Source: Glaucostegus cemiculus
Taxonomy: Eukaryota
Length of the DNA stretch: 64,000 nucleotides
Direction of reading: 5' to 3'
Assembly: GCA_976551045.1 (NCBI GenBank)
Contig: CDPCPM010000020.1
Span: 2,852,001-2,916,000, forward strand
The notes under the pieces are model-generated. The model worked only from the letters and a program-made list of their open reading frames with translations, made no database searches and was not told the origin of the DNA. Positions within the stretch are counted from its first letter, which is position 1. The number at the start of each line of letters is the position of its first letter. Shown here in pieces: positions 39,551 through 52,364 of this stretch. The position numbers were made by a program, and so were the translations under genes.

Positions 39551-40389
39551 CTCCTTTTGCAACTCCTCTTAGATTTTAAAATGAAGAATCAATTTACAAG
39601 TATGATCTTTTCCTTGTACATGTAATAAATGAGAGTGTAATTCAATCTTAGATTAAATTGAACTTTTGCTCACAAAGGTTTATGACGTAATCAAAGACCC
39701 CTTAATCGAATTAATATCTGGTATGAAAATGAATTTGAGCTTGAGTTGCTTAGCGATAAACCAGTTCTTTGCTGGTTGATTAACTCACTGTCACTTAACC
39801 AACAAAATGAATAAAAAGTAAATCAATTTTATCCTTTTTTGTTAGCTGCTTTTTTGTGCCCTTTGCTATGAATTGTCCTCACAACTGGGAAAATTAAATG
39901 GCAGTGCTTGTGGCTTTACATTAATAACTTACTTTCAAATTGTAGTTATATAAAACTAGGACATTACAGGATGTGTCATACACCACAGGGCAGGATATGC
40001 ACATCGTCTAACAAGGGCAGTGCAATGCAAATTGGCGGATGGAACCATTGTATTTCTTTGCTGTTTGGCAAAACATGAAACGTTTTGTTCTTTTAATTTA
40101 ACTCACTGGCCAACTACTGATTCATAATTTTCACTCTGGAAGCATTCATGTATTTTGTCTGCAAGCACAGGTTGATTGTGATTTAAAAATACAAAATGGA
40201 GCCAATAAGAATCATTTAAAAACAGTGCTACAGAAAGTGGCTAATACACTCTATCACTGTGAGAACACAGACACTGGGTCTACTCTACCACCTCCACCAA
40301 CCACTCCCCTTCTCACAGCACTTTCCCAAGCAACTGCTAGAGAAACATACCAGCTCTTTTACTTCTTCTCATCCCACCATTCAGAGACC

Positions 40390-40625
40390 CAAGGTGAAGC
40401 AGTGATTCGCTTGCATTTCTTCCAATCTAGTGTACAGCATTCGGTGTTCATCATGTGGTTTCCTCTACACTGGAGAAACCAAATGCAGATCGGATGTCCA
40501 CTTTGCAGAACATCTCTTTTCAATCCACTAGGCTGGCCCTGATTCCCAGTTGCCTGTCACTTTAAATCTCTGTCCCATTCTGATCTCTCTGTCTTTGGCC
40601 TCCAACAATGTTCCAATGATGCCCA
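40390..40625 (+). mobile_element. Penelope-like element GIY-YIG endonuclease remnant
   Basis: Manual translation FACISSNLVYSIRCSSCGFLYTGETKCRSDVHFAEHL matches the Penelope GIY-YIG pattern. Confidence 0.8.
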
Positions 40626-43480
40626 GTGTTAAACCCCTTAAGAATTTTGTATGCTTCAGTGAGATCATCTTTCATTCCCGTAAACCTCAGGGGGTGCAGA
40701 TCCATTCTGCTTAACCTTTCTTCACACGACAAACTCATTATCCTCAGAATCAATTAGTGAATCTTCATTATACATCCTGACTCGCAAGAATATCCTTCCT
40801 TAGGTAACCAGACCAGACCTATGCGCAATTCACTAAGGCCTTGTATAATTGGAATAGGTGTTTTTATTCTTCTACTCAAATCCTTTTGCAGATGAAAGCC
40901 AAAATACCATTTGCCTTCCCACTTACTTGTAGGCAGCTGCATGTTAGCTTTCAGTGATTTGTGTACAAGGACACCCAGGACCTTTTGAACACCAACATCT
41001 TTTAATCTTCATCATTTAAAAAAATACTCCACATTTGTATCTTTTTCTACCAAATTGGAGGACCGGTAAGTGGGTGCCCATTAATTTACCTGTCTATATC
41101 CTCCTAGAGTCTCTCTGCATCCTCCTCACAGCCCACACTGTGACCAAGCTTTGCATCATCATCAAACTTGGATATGCAGTAAAAACCTGGTTATCCAAGA
41201 CATGACATGCACTAATTAATCAAATGTCAAATACAGCTGATGGAAATTTAGCAGGTACTTCCTTGTATCGTTCCATTTACTTGGGATTTTGCTAAACTTC
41301 CTTTAGGCCTTGCTGCACATTCTTAGGATTGACAACTTGAGCTCTATGGCATTATGTGTTCTCTTGAATAAATCATGGATATTAGCCAGCTTCATTGCCT
41401 CCTGCCTTCTTTGCATAAAAGTAGGATACAAAATGTGCAGCTGCATAACTTCCTGCGCTGAATAACAAGGCCATGTTTCGGCAAATCTGAAGATTTTATT
41501 GAACGCTGAAGCACTACTATCCCAAGTTATTATAATCTCTTTATGAGAAACTTCTTTGTCAATTGCTTTCAGATTCCCAGGAGTTATTACACTATTATTT
41601 CAGCATCATTTAAAACATACGTAACCTCAACTTCTTTGTCCATTTCAACCTACTCTGCTGCTTTGTTAACACTGAATTTACGAACATTCTTTACCGCATT
41701 AACGATCTCTGCTATGATTGATTTTCAGTATCAGACTTAAAGCCTTCAAATTCTCCTTCATCAGAAGATTATTCAGCGAACATCACGATCGGCCCTAATT
41801 TTCACCCAGCTCTTCTTAAAGAATGACTTCTAACTGAATCCCATGCACAAGCAACATTATAACTTGCATTTTTGAGACTGTAAAGTGACTAGAAATCTCA
41901 AATAGTGGCATTATGATTTAATCAACTTCCTTAGAGAATTTTCATGTAAAATAACTTTGTGTTTGGAATGATACCTTGTATCAACGATATTCCATGATGA
42001 GGTAAGAAAATAGTAAATATATTCTCAGAAACTATATTTGATTGGTGAAGGTGAGTGTGATAGTTGTCCAGCAAGAGAATGTATTTATTATCTTTCAGTT
42101 TTTCAATAATGTTCTTTAGCAACAGGCACACATATGTAATGGAACCAATAATGCAAAATGTCTTTGCCTATCTATGCATTGCTTTGAGTTTTGTATTCTG
42201 CTGGCAAATCCTTCACCCACTGGAAAGCTCCAGGGCATTTCTATTTGCCAGTCACTATGAGTTTCACTCTGAGTTCCCACACAATTAGTGCATGTTAGAA
42301 CAATCCCTCCCTCCTTGTTTTGTTTAAATCCAGCAGCACTGATATCATCAACACCAGCAAAAGCAGAAGCAGGCACACATTGCCAGAACAGGCTTGTTTC
42401 ATCCACATTGTATATCTGATATGGAGACAAATCATGTTCTGTCACTCATTTATTGAATAAGTCACAATTTTTTCTCTGCTGCTTTATGATGATTTGCCAA
42501 GTTCTGCTCACACAGTACATCCAGTCATCTTATTCTATCAGAAAATGCACATGGTTCAATCAGGCCTATTTGATCATAAAAGTCATTGGCCTTTTCAACG
42601 AACATTGGGACACCCTCAGGACGTCTGATGGCAAACTATTCATATAAAACACGGCCCAGCCTATCCAGTTTAGATTTGTGTAGAATATACTGCATGTTTA
42701 CTGATTTACTCAGCTCTGAACTTGCATAAAACTGAACTATCTATGGTGCATTGCTTCATCAAAATGTATTGATTTTCTCCCTCCTGAAATCTCTTGCAGA
42801 TGTCAGTGTTCTAATTTAGTGTGATCACCATTCTCTTATGCCTGTCACCTTTACTTGTAAATGCTTTACTTAATGCCATAATGGGTTGATGCATTGATAT
42901 TTCTAAATAAGCATAGGGCACAATCATGATAAACACAATGCAAAAGGAGTACATGAACAGGGAAGATAACTGATAGTGCCATTTGGTAAGCTCGCCACTG
43001 TTCAGTACTGGATAACTCTGATAGAGAATCCAGTTATTGGAAAATGGGGAACTGCATTAAGATATTACCAGATGCCAGTTACTGGAGCATGTCGGATGGT
43101 AAGGTGCTGGATAAGCGGCTTTTTATTGTACTATGCTTGATCCCTCATTCAGGTCATTGATATAAATTGTGAATAGCTGGGACCAAGCACCAATCCTTGT
43201 GATGCTCCACTGGTCATATACCATTAACACACAGTGCACACTAATTCTGTAATAGCCTTTAATGTTGCATCTTATTAAGAAAGCCTGAAAGTGCGAATAC
43301 ACACAACTGTTTTGCTCTTATACATTCTGCTAGTTATAACCTCGAAAAATTATAACATTTGTCAAACATTATTTCCCTTTCATAAATCCAATCCAATTAT
43401 TTTCTAAATGCCCTATTACCATTTAGTAGATACCAGCATTTTCCCTACTACTGACATCAAGCTAACTAGTCTCCAGTTAC
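40625..43480 (-). mobile_element. CR1 LINE remnant hosting the Tigger insertion
   Basis: SCEERLSRMDLHPL...LTEAYKILKG peptide; CR1 sequence continues across 41176/43129. Confidence 0.7.
41177..43128 (-). mobile_element. pogo/Tigger DNA transposon fossil with JRK-like transposase and imperfect TIRs
   Basis: Left end CAGTAAAAACCTGGTTATCCA; right end reverse complement CAATAAAAAGCCGCTTATCCA followed by TA; disrupted ORF from ATG 42879 with CENP-B-type HTH and DDE motifs (QIYNVDETSLFW, ILLLDNYHTH). Confidence 0.88.
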
Positions 43481-44190
43481 CTAGGGCAGGACATACACAA
43501 TGAATGGCAGGGCGATGGGGAGTGTTGTTGAAGAGGGAGACCTAGGGATACAAGGACATACTTGCCTGAAAGTGGCAATACAAGTAGACAGGGTGGTGAA
43601 GAAAACGTATAGCATGATTGCCTTCATCGGCAGAGGCATCGAGCATAAGATACAGTTGTACAAAACATTAGTGAGGTTGCACTTGGAGTATTGTGTGCAG
43701 TTCTGGTTGCCACACTACAGGAAGCGTGTGATTAATCTAGAGAGGGTGCAGAAAAGATTCACAATGATTTTGCCTGCTCAAGTTATAAGCAGAGATTGGA
43801 TAGGCTGGGGCTGTTTTCCTTGTTGCAAAGGAGGCTGAAAGGTTACCTGATAGAGGTATATAAAGTTCTGAGGGGCATAGATAGGGTAGGTAGCTAGAGT
43901 TTGTTTCCTATGGTAGCGGTGTCTAAAACTGGAGGGCATAGGTTTAGGTGAGAGGGAGGTGGTTTAAAGGGGATCTGAGGGGTAAGTTTTCATACAAAGA
44001 GAAGCTGGTATCTGGAATGAGCTGCCAGAGTAGGTGATGGAGACAGAAACAGTAACATTTAAGAGGCTTCTGGACAGGTACTTGAATGAGCAGGGCAAAG
44101 AGGGATATTAAGTTAATTCAGGCAAGTGGGACTAGTATAGGTAGGCATGATAGTCAGCATTGAAAAGTACAACTCTGTGACTCTATGTAT
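43481..44190 (+). mobile_element. CR1 LINE 3' fragment
   Basis: QLYKTLVRLHLEYCVQFWLPHYRK peptide, tail gactctatg. Confidence 0.85.
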
Positions 44191-44249
44191 TCATTCTTGA
44201 AATGTAAGCCATAGCTAACTTACTGGACAAAAGAGTTTAATTCCAGGGG

Positions 44250-44720
44250 CAAGTTCAGAGTCAGTGGCAGCATTTGACCAAGCGAGGCATCAAGGAGCCC
44301 CAGTGAAATTGAGGTCAATGGAAACCAGCAGGAAAACTCTCCACCAGCTGGAGTCATAACTCTTCTAAATAAAAATGATTGTAGTTGTTTAAGGCCAATT
44401 ATCTAAGACCCAGGACAAGGCCACAGGTATACCTCAGGACACAGTCCTGAGAGCAACTGTCTTCAGCTGCTTCATCATTGACTTTCCATCTATCATAAGG
44501 TCAAATGAATGGACGTTCTCGATTGAATGGGTGCTCAATGTCCGACATGGACTCAATAGGCCAAAGGGCCTGTTTCCATACTGTGTCTATGACTCTACAA
44601 TTGCACAGTGTTCAGTTCCGTTTGCAACTCCTCTTTAGATGAAGCAGTCCGTTCTGAAATGCAGCAAGACTTGCACAACAGTCAGGCTTGGTTTGGTAAA
44701 GGGCAAGCAACATAAGGGTA
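44250..44720 (+). mobile_element. Older CR1/L2-group RT remnant with a short inserted CR1 tail
   Basis: gcatttgaccaag...ggcatcaagg, cttcagctgcttcatc motifs shared with 10000-11760. Confidence 0.6.
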
Positions 44721-45474
44721 ATTAGAGATGCACAACATATGCTGCCTTTTATCAGCAATGGGAATGAATTAAAAAAAGAATGGTCGATTAAATGAGGAAC
44801 AGGATGAACCCAGCAGATATGTGATCATGCTTGAGAAAGTCATCACCTTAATTAGATGAAAGAAAAAAAAATAAAGAGAAAATAAACCATGGAGAGCAAG
44901 TCACTGTTTGCACTAAAGTCTATACACATGCTTACGATATCCAGTGATCTCCTGTTAAGAGTCTAGATGAGGTCAGTAATGAACTTGGCAATGATATGCC
45001 TCCTGCAGCTCACAAATGAATAGCCTGGCAAAGCTTACTGTCTGGGCTCACTCATGAATAATGACTACTTGAGCAAATGACTTGGGGGTTGCCAAAATTC
45101 ACAGAATCGTATCTCAGCATGAATTATGCTCAGAATGTTTGTGGGAGCTTGCTGTGTGCAAATTGGCTTTTGCATCTCCTACAACAGTGACCAGACATCA
45201 AGAGTTCTTGAATGGAATTAAGAACTTTGGGGTGAGCTGAAAGGCATCATAGAAATGCAAGTCCTTCTTTCTTTTGAATCAATGCCTTCATAAGATATGG
45301 GAGAGGGAGGTATTAATTCTGTTCTTCTGAAGATGCAGAAAAGCAGTTGCCCACACAGCAAGGGCTTTATACCAACATGGGCTTGATGGCATACATCAAC
45401 TGAAAGGGTTTCTAGTCCCTCAATGTGTACTATCCAGGACTGTGATTCCAAAGTTTGTGGATCAATCAATGTTA

Positions 45475-45800
45475 GTCATAGAGTTGTATAGCGTGGAAAC
45501 AGTACAGCATGGAAACAATCCCTTCACCTGGGCCAGGCTGCCATCAAGTATCCATTTACACTAGTCCTTATTTTCCCCCATATTTAACTCCCTCCAGAGG
45601 CTACCACTCACCTACACATTAAGCACAATTTACAGTGGCCAAATAACCTACCAACCCACAAGTCTTGGGCAGTTGGAGAAAACCCACCCGGTCATGCGGA
45701 GAATGTGCAAACTACATAAAGACATTGCTGGTGGTCAGGATTGAACCTGGGTTTTTGGAGCTGTAGGCAGCGGTTCAGCTAGTTGCATCACTGTGCTGCC
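45475..45800 (-). mobile_element. Degenerate V-SINE
   Basis: ggagaatgtgcaaact...gtcaggattgaacctggg...actgtgctgcc. Confidence 0.7.
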
Positions 45801-46059
45801 TCATCTGTTCTTGGGCAGTCTTGTGTGTTTGAATTATTAGAATAGCGTAACCAACCATGGGACTCCTTTTGGGTACCTTGTATATCTACTACTACTTTAG
45901 ATAATGTGCTAAATATTTAGGTTGTAAAATCTACATTCTCTCTGTCATGTTGGTGACTCCCCAAGGTGTCATTCAACCTACATCTGAAGGCTTTAATCTC
46001 TGCTCCAAATATAGGGTCTTATACTGGTTAATGATAGGTAATGCTTTTTGGGATGTCAA

Positions 46060-46805
46060 ATACTAACAGGAAATGTACAGCAAATGGCAGGGACCTCAGG
46101 AGTGTTGATGCACAGAGGGGCCTTGGGTGTAAATTCATAATCCCTGAAAATGGCAACACGGGGTAGTAAAGAAGGCAGTCAGCACATTTGCCTTCATAGA
46201 CTGAGGCACTGAGTATAAGAATGGAATGTCATGTTGCAGCTGTACAAAACATTGTTCAGGCCACACTTAGAGTAGTGTGTACAGTTCTAGTTGCCACACT
46301 ACAGGAAGGATGGGGCAGCAATAGAGAGAGTGCAGAAGAGATTCATCAGGAACTTGCCTGGAATGGAGGGATTTACTTATAAGGAGAGATTAGATAGACT
46401 GGGTTTAATTTTGTTGGAATGTAGAAGTCTGAAGGGTGACCTTGTAGAGGGTTATAAAATTGTGAGGGGCATAGATAGGATAGATAGTCAGAGTCTTTTT
46501 CCTAGGGTTGGGAAGTCCAAAACTAGAGGGCATAGGTTTAATGTGAGAAGTAAGAAGTGAGAAGATTTGAGGGGCAAGATTTTCACACAGAGGGTGGTGG
46601 TTACATGGAATGAGCTGCCTGAGGAAGCGGTAGAAGTAGATACAAATACAACAGTTAAAAGGCATTGGGACAGGTACTTGGATAGGAAAGGAGCAGAGAG
46701 ATATGGGCTTAATGCAGGCAAATGGAATTAGTGTAGATAGGCATCATGGTTGGCATGGATGAATTGGGCCAAAGGGCCCTTTTCTGTTCTGTAAACTCCA
46801 TGGCT
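46060..46805 (+). mobile_element. CR1 LINE 3' fragment
   Basis: PHYRKDGAAIERVQKRFIRNLPGMEGFTYKERLDRLGL...RGHRF peptide. Confidence 0.85.
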
Positions 46806-48379
46806 TTTCCACCTTATCAGCCAGTAGAGAGCACTGCTCTCCTTCAAATAGCAAAACACTTCTGGTTCCTGTTTCATGATATATGTGGAAGAAGTATTCG
46901 ATTGAAACCACTGTTTAAAAATCAAACCATATTTTAAGTTAATGTGTATGAACAACAAGACAAACTTCAGAGGTCAACAAAAATATTAGCTAAATCTGTC
47001 TGGGTTTATACTGCAGTCAGGATAGCAAGCAAGAAGAATACAGCAAGGAGAGAGTTTAGCATATTTTTATAATTCCCGTATGGTCTCATTTCCTCATAAG
47101 CTGCAAGACAAACATTGTTATTATATTTTATCATATGTCTGGGAATCATGGTGAAAGTTCTCACCCCCAAATGCTAGTATTATTATAACCATCCCAATCT
47201 ATGAGTTGTACCTTCCTAGTGCGCAAGGGAACATGCTTTCTAGAACTGTATCCTTGGTGTGTGTGCATGAGTGAGAGTGAGAGAAAAACAGAGGAAACTT
47301 ACAGATAAAGGAAATTGGCTCCAACCATGGAAAATGAATGCAAAGAAGGAAGTTAGATGCTAACACATCTGCATGACATTGTATGTTCTGCTTTCAAACT
47401 GTAAACCAGCTCTTCTAATTACTCAGTAAGTTAAGCCAGTAAGTAAATCAAACCTGTAGCTCAGGAAGCATCTGGGTTCTATCTGTGCTTTGTCATGAAA
47501 GCTGGCATGATAATTGCCCCTTAGCAATCCAGAGTTTGGGAGGAGAATTCTGGCCAGGTTGTAATTCACCCCTCTACTAGCAGCAGGCTATGTCATTCAC
47601 TGCTGACAAAATTGGACTCTGCTGTGATCCAAAGGCTCCCTGATCATTTCTGACAGGATTCATTCATGATGAATTGGTGTTTGGGTGTGGTACAATGAAC
47701 TGTGAGCACAAATGGAAGTGTAGCACAGAATTAGCCAATATCTGTTTTGTATCATGTGTCATGCTGATTTCCCAAATAGTACCCCTCTTTAGTATTGTAG
47801 CGATCATAGAAAAGTATGGGATATAGGAGTTTATTTCAGGGCAGTTATCACATCTTGGGTATCTACTAACACTGATAAATTGTTTAAGCTGCATGATTGT
47901 CATATAAGGCAATGCTTAAAGCATTTGCTCGCTTAATGTGTTCTGCAACAAATGGCTGCTATACCTTTGATAATTGCTTTGAATATTCTCTAATAGATTT
48001 ACTAGTGTTAAGGATTTCCCTGATCACAATATTGTCACACAGGATAGTTTTCCAAGGCAATCTCAGATTTGATTTGGATTTAAACCACAGTTTACTGAAG
48101 GGGAAAGAGGAGTCTCGAGGCAAACAATATGCTAGCCAACAACTAATTCATCAACGTGTGCTTATGTTGTTGGTAAATTGGGTCAGCTCAAATTGTAGTA
48201 CTCTTGCTTCTGAGTCAGAAGGTTGTACATTCAAATTCTGCTCTTGAAATTTAAGCAAACAATTTCAACAGTGCTATACTGAGTGAGGGCTGCACTTTTG
48301 ATGGTGCTGTACTTTGGCTAAGATGCTAAGCCAACACCCAGCCTGTCAGTCTGATAGATCCAATGGAATGATTATTTTT

Positions 48380-49520
48380 TAATTCACTTTTGGAACATGG
48401 GCATCACTGGTAGGGCCAGCATTTAAAGTCTACCCTTAATTGCCCTTGAGAAGGTGGTGGTGAGCTGCCTTCTTGAGCTGCTGCAGTCCTTCTGATGAAG
48501 GTGCTGTCATAGAGGGAGCTCCAGGATTTAGACCTAGTGATAATCAAAGAACGGCAAGTCAGGATGGTATGTGACTTGGGGAACCTGCAGGTGGCAGTGT
48601 TGCCATGTGCCCATTGCCCTTGTCCTTCTTGGTGGTAGAGGGGGACTGGTTTGAGTCTTGCAGCCATAGTGTGCCAGAGGCAGAGGGAATGAATGTTTAA
48701 GGTGGTAGATGGGGTGCCAATCTATCAGGCTGCTTTGTCCTGCATGATGTTGAGCCTCTTGAGTGGTGTTGGAGCTGTAATCATCTGGGCAAGTGGAGAA
48801 TATTCCATCACACTTCTGACTTGTGCTTTACAGAAAATGGAAAGGCCTTAGGGTGTCAGGGGTGAGTAACTCGCTGCAGAATACCTAGAGAGTGACCTGC
48901 TCTTGGAGCCACATTATTTATGTGGCTGGTCCAGGGGATCTCCAAAGTATGACTCCAACCATTGGAAGGTTTTCTCTTTGATGCCCAGTGATTTCAGTTT
49001 TACCAAAGCTGCTTGACTCCTTGATGCCACACTTGGTCAAATCCTACCTTAATGTCAAGGGCAGTGACTCTCTCCTCACTTCTGCAGTTTAGCTCTTTGG
49101 TCCATGTTTGGGCCAAGGCTGTGATGAGGTCAGGAACAGAGTGGTCGTGGCAAAAGTCAAATTGGGCATTGGTGAGTAAATACCACATGACAGCACTGTC
49201 AATGACACCCTCCATCACTTTTGTGATGAATGAGAGAAGACTGATTGGATGGTACTTAGCCAGATAGATTTTTACTGCTCCTTGTGGACAGCACATGCTA
49301 AGGCAATTCTCCCCATTGTCAAATAGGTGCCAATGTTTGTAACTGTACTGGCACAGCTTGGATAGAGGTACAGCTAATTTTGGAGTGCTGGTCTTCAATA
49401 CTACAGCCAGGATCTTGCCTAATACCAGAAGCACATCCACTGCTCTCAGTCATTTCTTGATATCACATGGAATGAACCAATTGGCTGAAGACTGGTTCCT
49501 GTGATGGTGGGGATCTCAAG
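48380..49520 (-). mobile_element. Older CR1/L2-group LINE RT remnant (same family as 10000-11760), preceded by a SINE head at about 48180-48370
   Basis: YHPISLLSFITKVMEGVI...QFDF...LDIKVGFDQVWHQG RT motifs. Confidence 0.8.
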
Positions 49521-49544
49521 AGGAATTGTTATCCTATAGAAATT

Positions 49545-51195
49545 GTGTCTGGGGAATAAATAATTCTAAATAAGTTTACTGCAGTTGAATAAAACAGGGT
49601 ATTTTGTATTTGTTTTCTCTAATAGAGGATACAAGTTACGGAGTCCATTTATTCAATACTTTCATATGATGTAGTTTCCCCTTCTATAACTTTTTTTTAA
49701 TTCAGACAAACGGAGCTGACGACATTATATTGTTCTATTTCTATTGAAAATTTTAGCCCAGTTTTTTTTTCCTTGTTTTGTTTTTTTTTCTTTTTTTTAA
49801 ATTCATTTTCGGTTTAATTTACTCTATATTATTATGATTTTTTAAATTGATTTGGGTTTTTTTTTGGGTTTTTTTCTATTTATATAACAAGTCTTTTTCT
49901 TTTCTATCTTTTACATTACACTTACGAACCGAGAGATCGTTGGAACTATTTCTTTTATATATATATCATACTTTATTGCTTTTTTTTTATGATTACCTAC
50001 GATTGTTACTGGATATTTCTATAATACATGTGTAACCTTTGTTGTTATATATCTTAACCTGTATTGATTTGTTATCAATAAAAAAGATTGAAAAAGAAAG
50101 AAAAGTTACATCCCAGAAATAGCTGTAAATCAGGAATTGGGAGGGAGGAATCCAGGAAAATTATAATCATCAGGGAAGTGGTACTGAGTAAATCGTTGGA
50201 ACTGCAGGTTGACAATTCTCTGGGTCCTGATGGACTTAATCCTCAGGTTTTAAAATAAATGACTAGGAAGACTGTTGATTTTAATTTTCTAAAATTCCCC
50301 AGATTTATGGAAAATTCCATTTGATTAAAAAATAGCAAATGCATGTCCTGTATTCAAAACGGGAGAGAGAAAGCAGGAAACTGCAGATCAGTTAGTTTAA
50401 CATCTATTATGGGAAAAATTATTGAAGATGTTATGGCAGAGCATTTGTAAACATTCAAGGTAATCATAGAAAATCAACATAGTTTTGTGAATGGGATGTT
50501 ATATTCACTTATTAGAGTTCTTTGAAGAAGTTACATCTGTTGAGGATGTATTAAGATTTCCAGGAAGCATTTGATAGGGTGCCACATGGAAAATAAAAAC
50601 TCATGGTGAGGGAGGTAACATATTGGCAATGGACAGAAGATTGGCTGGCTAATAGGAAATTTAGGGTAGGAATAAAGGGGATTGTAGAGCTCTGAGATGC
50701 AGTGAAAGCTGAGTGTCCTTGTGCAAGGTCTTATGCAAACTTCACAAAAACCTTGAAGACAGGGACTGCAAGTAATTAGGAAAGCTCAAAGGATATTACT
50801 TATTGCCGGGGACTTGAATACAAAAGTAGAGAGGTTATGCTTCAGTTATATAGGGTGTAGGTGAGACCACATCTGGATATTTCTTTGTGGGAGAACCTCG
50901 AATTAGGGGTCTGTGTTTAAAAATAAAAGGCCATCTATTTAAGGTAGAAATGAGTTTTTCTTTTCTCTCAGCATCATGAGTTGTTGGAATTCTCTTCCTC
51001 AAAGGGCAGTGAAAGTAGAATATTTTTAAGGTAGGATAGATAGATTCTTGATAAGCAAGGGGGGGAGAGGTTACCCCAGGTAGAGGGGATCGCAGAACTG
51101 AGGTTACAATCAGATCAGCCATGATCTTATTTAATGGTGGAGCGGGCGCAAGGGGTCAAGTGACCGACTCCTGGTCTGATTTCATATGTTTTGTA
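49545..51195 (+). mobile_element. Degenerate CR1 LINE hosting an L1-type insert
   Basis: RT-like segments (tctgggtcctgatggac...; caggaagcatttgatagggtgccaca) and CR1 3' end. Confidence 0.7.
49640..50102 (+). mobile_element. 5'-truncated L1-type element (end of ORF2, T-rich 3' UTR, AATAAA, A-rich tail) with 7-bp TSD AAGTTAC
   Basis: SPFIQYFHMM* ORF end; AAGTTAC at 49633-49639 and 50103-50109. Confidence 0.7.
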
Positions 51196-52364
51196 CAATT
51201 ATCCACTCTGCATTTCTGGCCGATAGTGGGGATATTCTTGGAGCCTCCTTCTCCCCTAGCCAGTCAATTATCCATCACCATTCACAACTACATGTGGCAG
51301 TACTGCATAGTTTTAATGTGATTTATTGTTATCAGGATTGTTTACCTTTGTCGAATGCAAGTTGTTTTTTCCTGCTCAGTCCTGTGTTGCAGCTCTGCCA
51401 GCTTGGCACCTCATTCTTGGAATGCCTGGTGTTGCTCATGCCATGCCCTTCTATACTCATCATTGATAATGAGCAAGGAGTATTCTGGATAACATTCCTC
51501 TCCTAACCATAAAAAAATGTATTTGCAATGCTGCTTGAGCTATCTTGCTTTGCACAGATTACCTGCGGTCTGCCTACATGACACGTCATTGCATTTTAAA
51601 GGTAAGTAATTGGGATCTGGGTCTTTTGAGCTGCAATAAATACTGATCAAAAATGATAATCAGAGCTCTATTTACATTTTAGGACTCCAATGGTAAATTG
51701 GATTTATTGCCTGAAATAAACAGACACATTAGAAAAGCAAAATACTGCAGATGCTGGAAATCTAAAAAAAAACAGAAAGTGCTGGAAAGTCTCAGCAGGT
51801 CAGGCAGCATCTGTGGAGAGAGAAAAGAAATTAATGCTCCAGGTTGAGTATTTTTCTTTAGACCATGCAATTAGTAAAGTAGTAAGGCCACTAACCCCAT
51901 GATGAGGCAGTTACTATCAAAAGCAAGTGCAATCAGGCTCCATTATACGGGGAGATATTTGAGATAATTCAAAGAGATGCAATGCCATTTATAAGAAAGC
52001 TTACCTCCCTGCTTAAAATGATAGTTGGCCAAAAGAGTGTTGTGTTACATAAGGGCAACGTACAATAGTATTAGAATTCCTGAAGTGTGTAATAGTTTCA
52101 AACTCAAAGCCACATCTCTACATAGGTTAATATGAAGTATTTTGTGCCTCCCCTTTTTCTGAAACTTCCATCCCAGTGAATTGAACCTGCTGATGTCTTA
52201 ATATGTTGATTATGTTCCTATAGTTTTGTACTTTTGATGTCAAATGATGTCAAATTCCCAGTATATCGATGCAATTCTGATACCAAAATCTGTTCTATAA
52301 TGAAATAACTAACAAATAGAGGAGTCAGTGAATACAAGTAAGTATTAATTTAATTCCTTACCTA

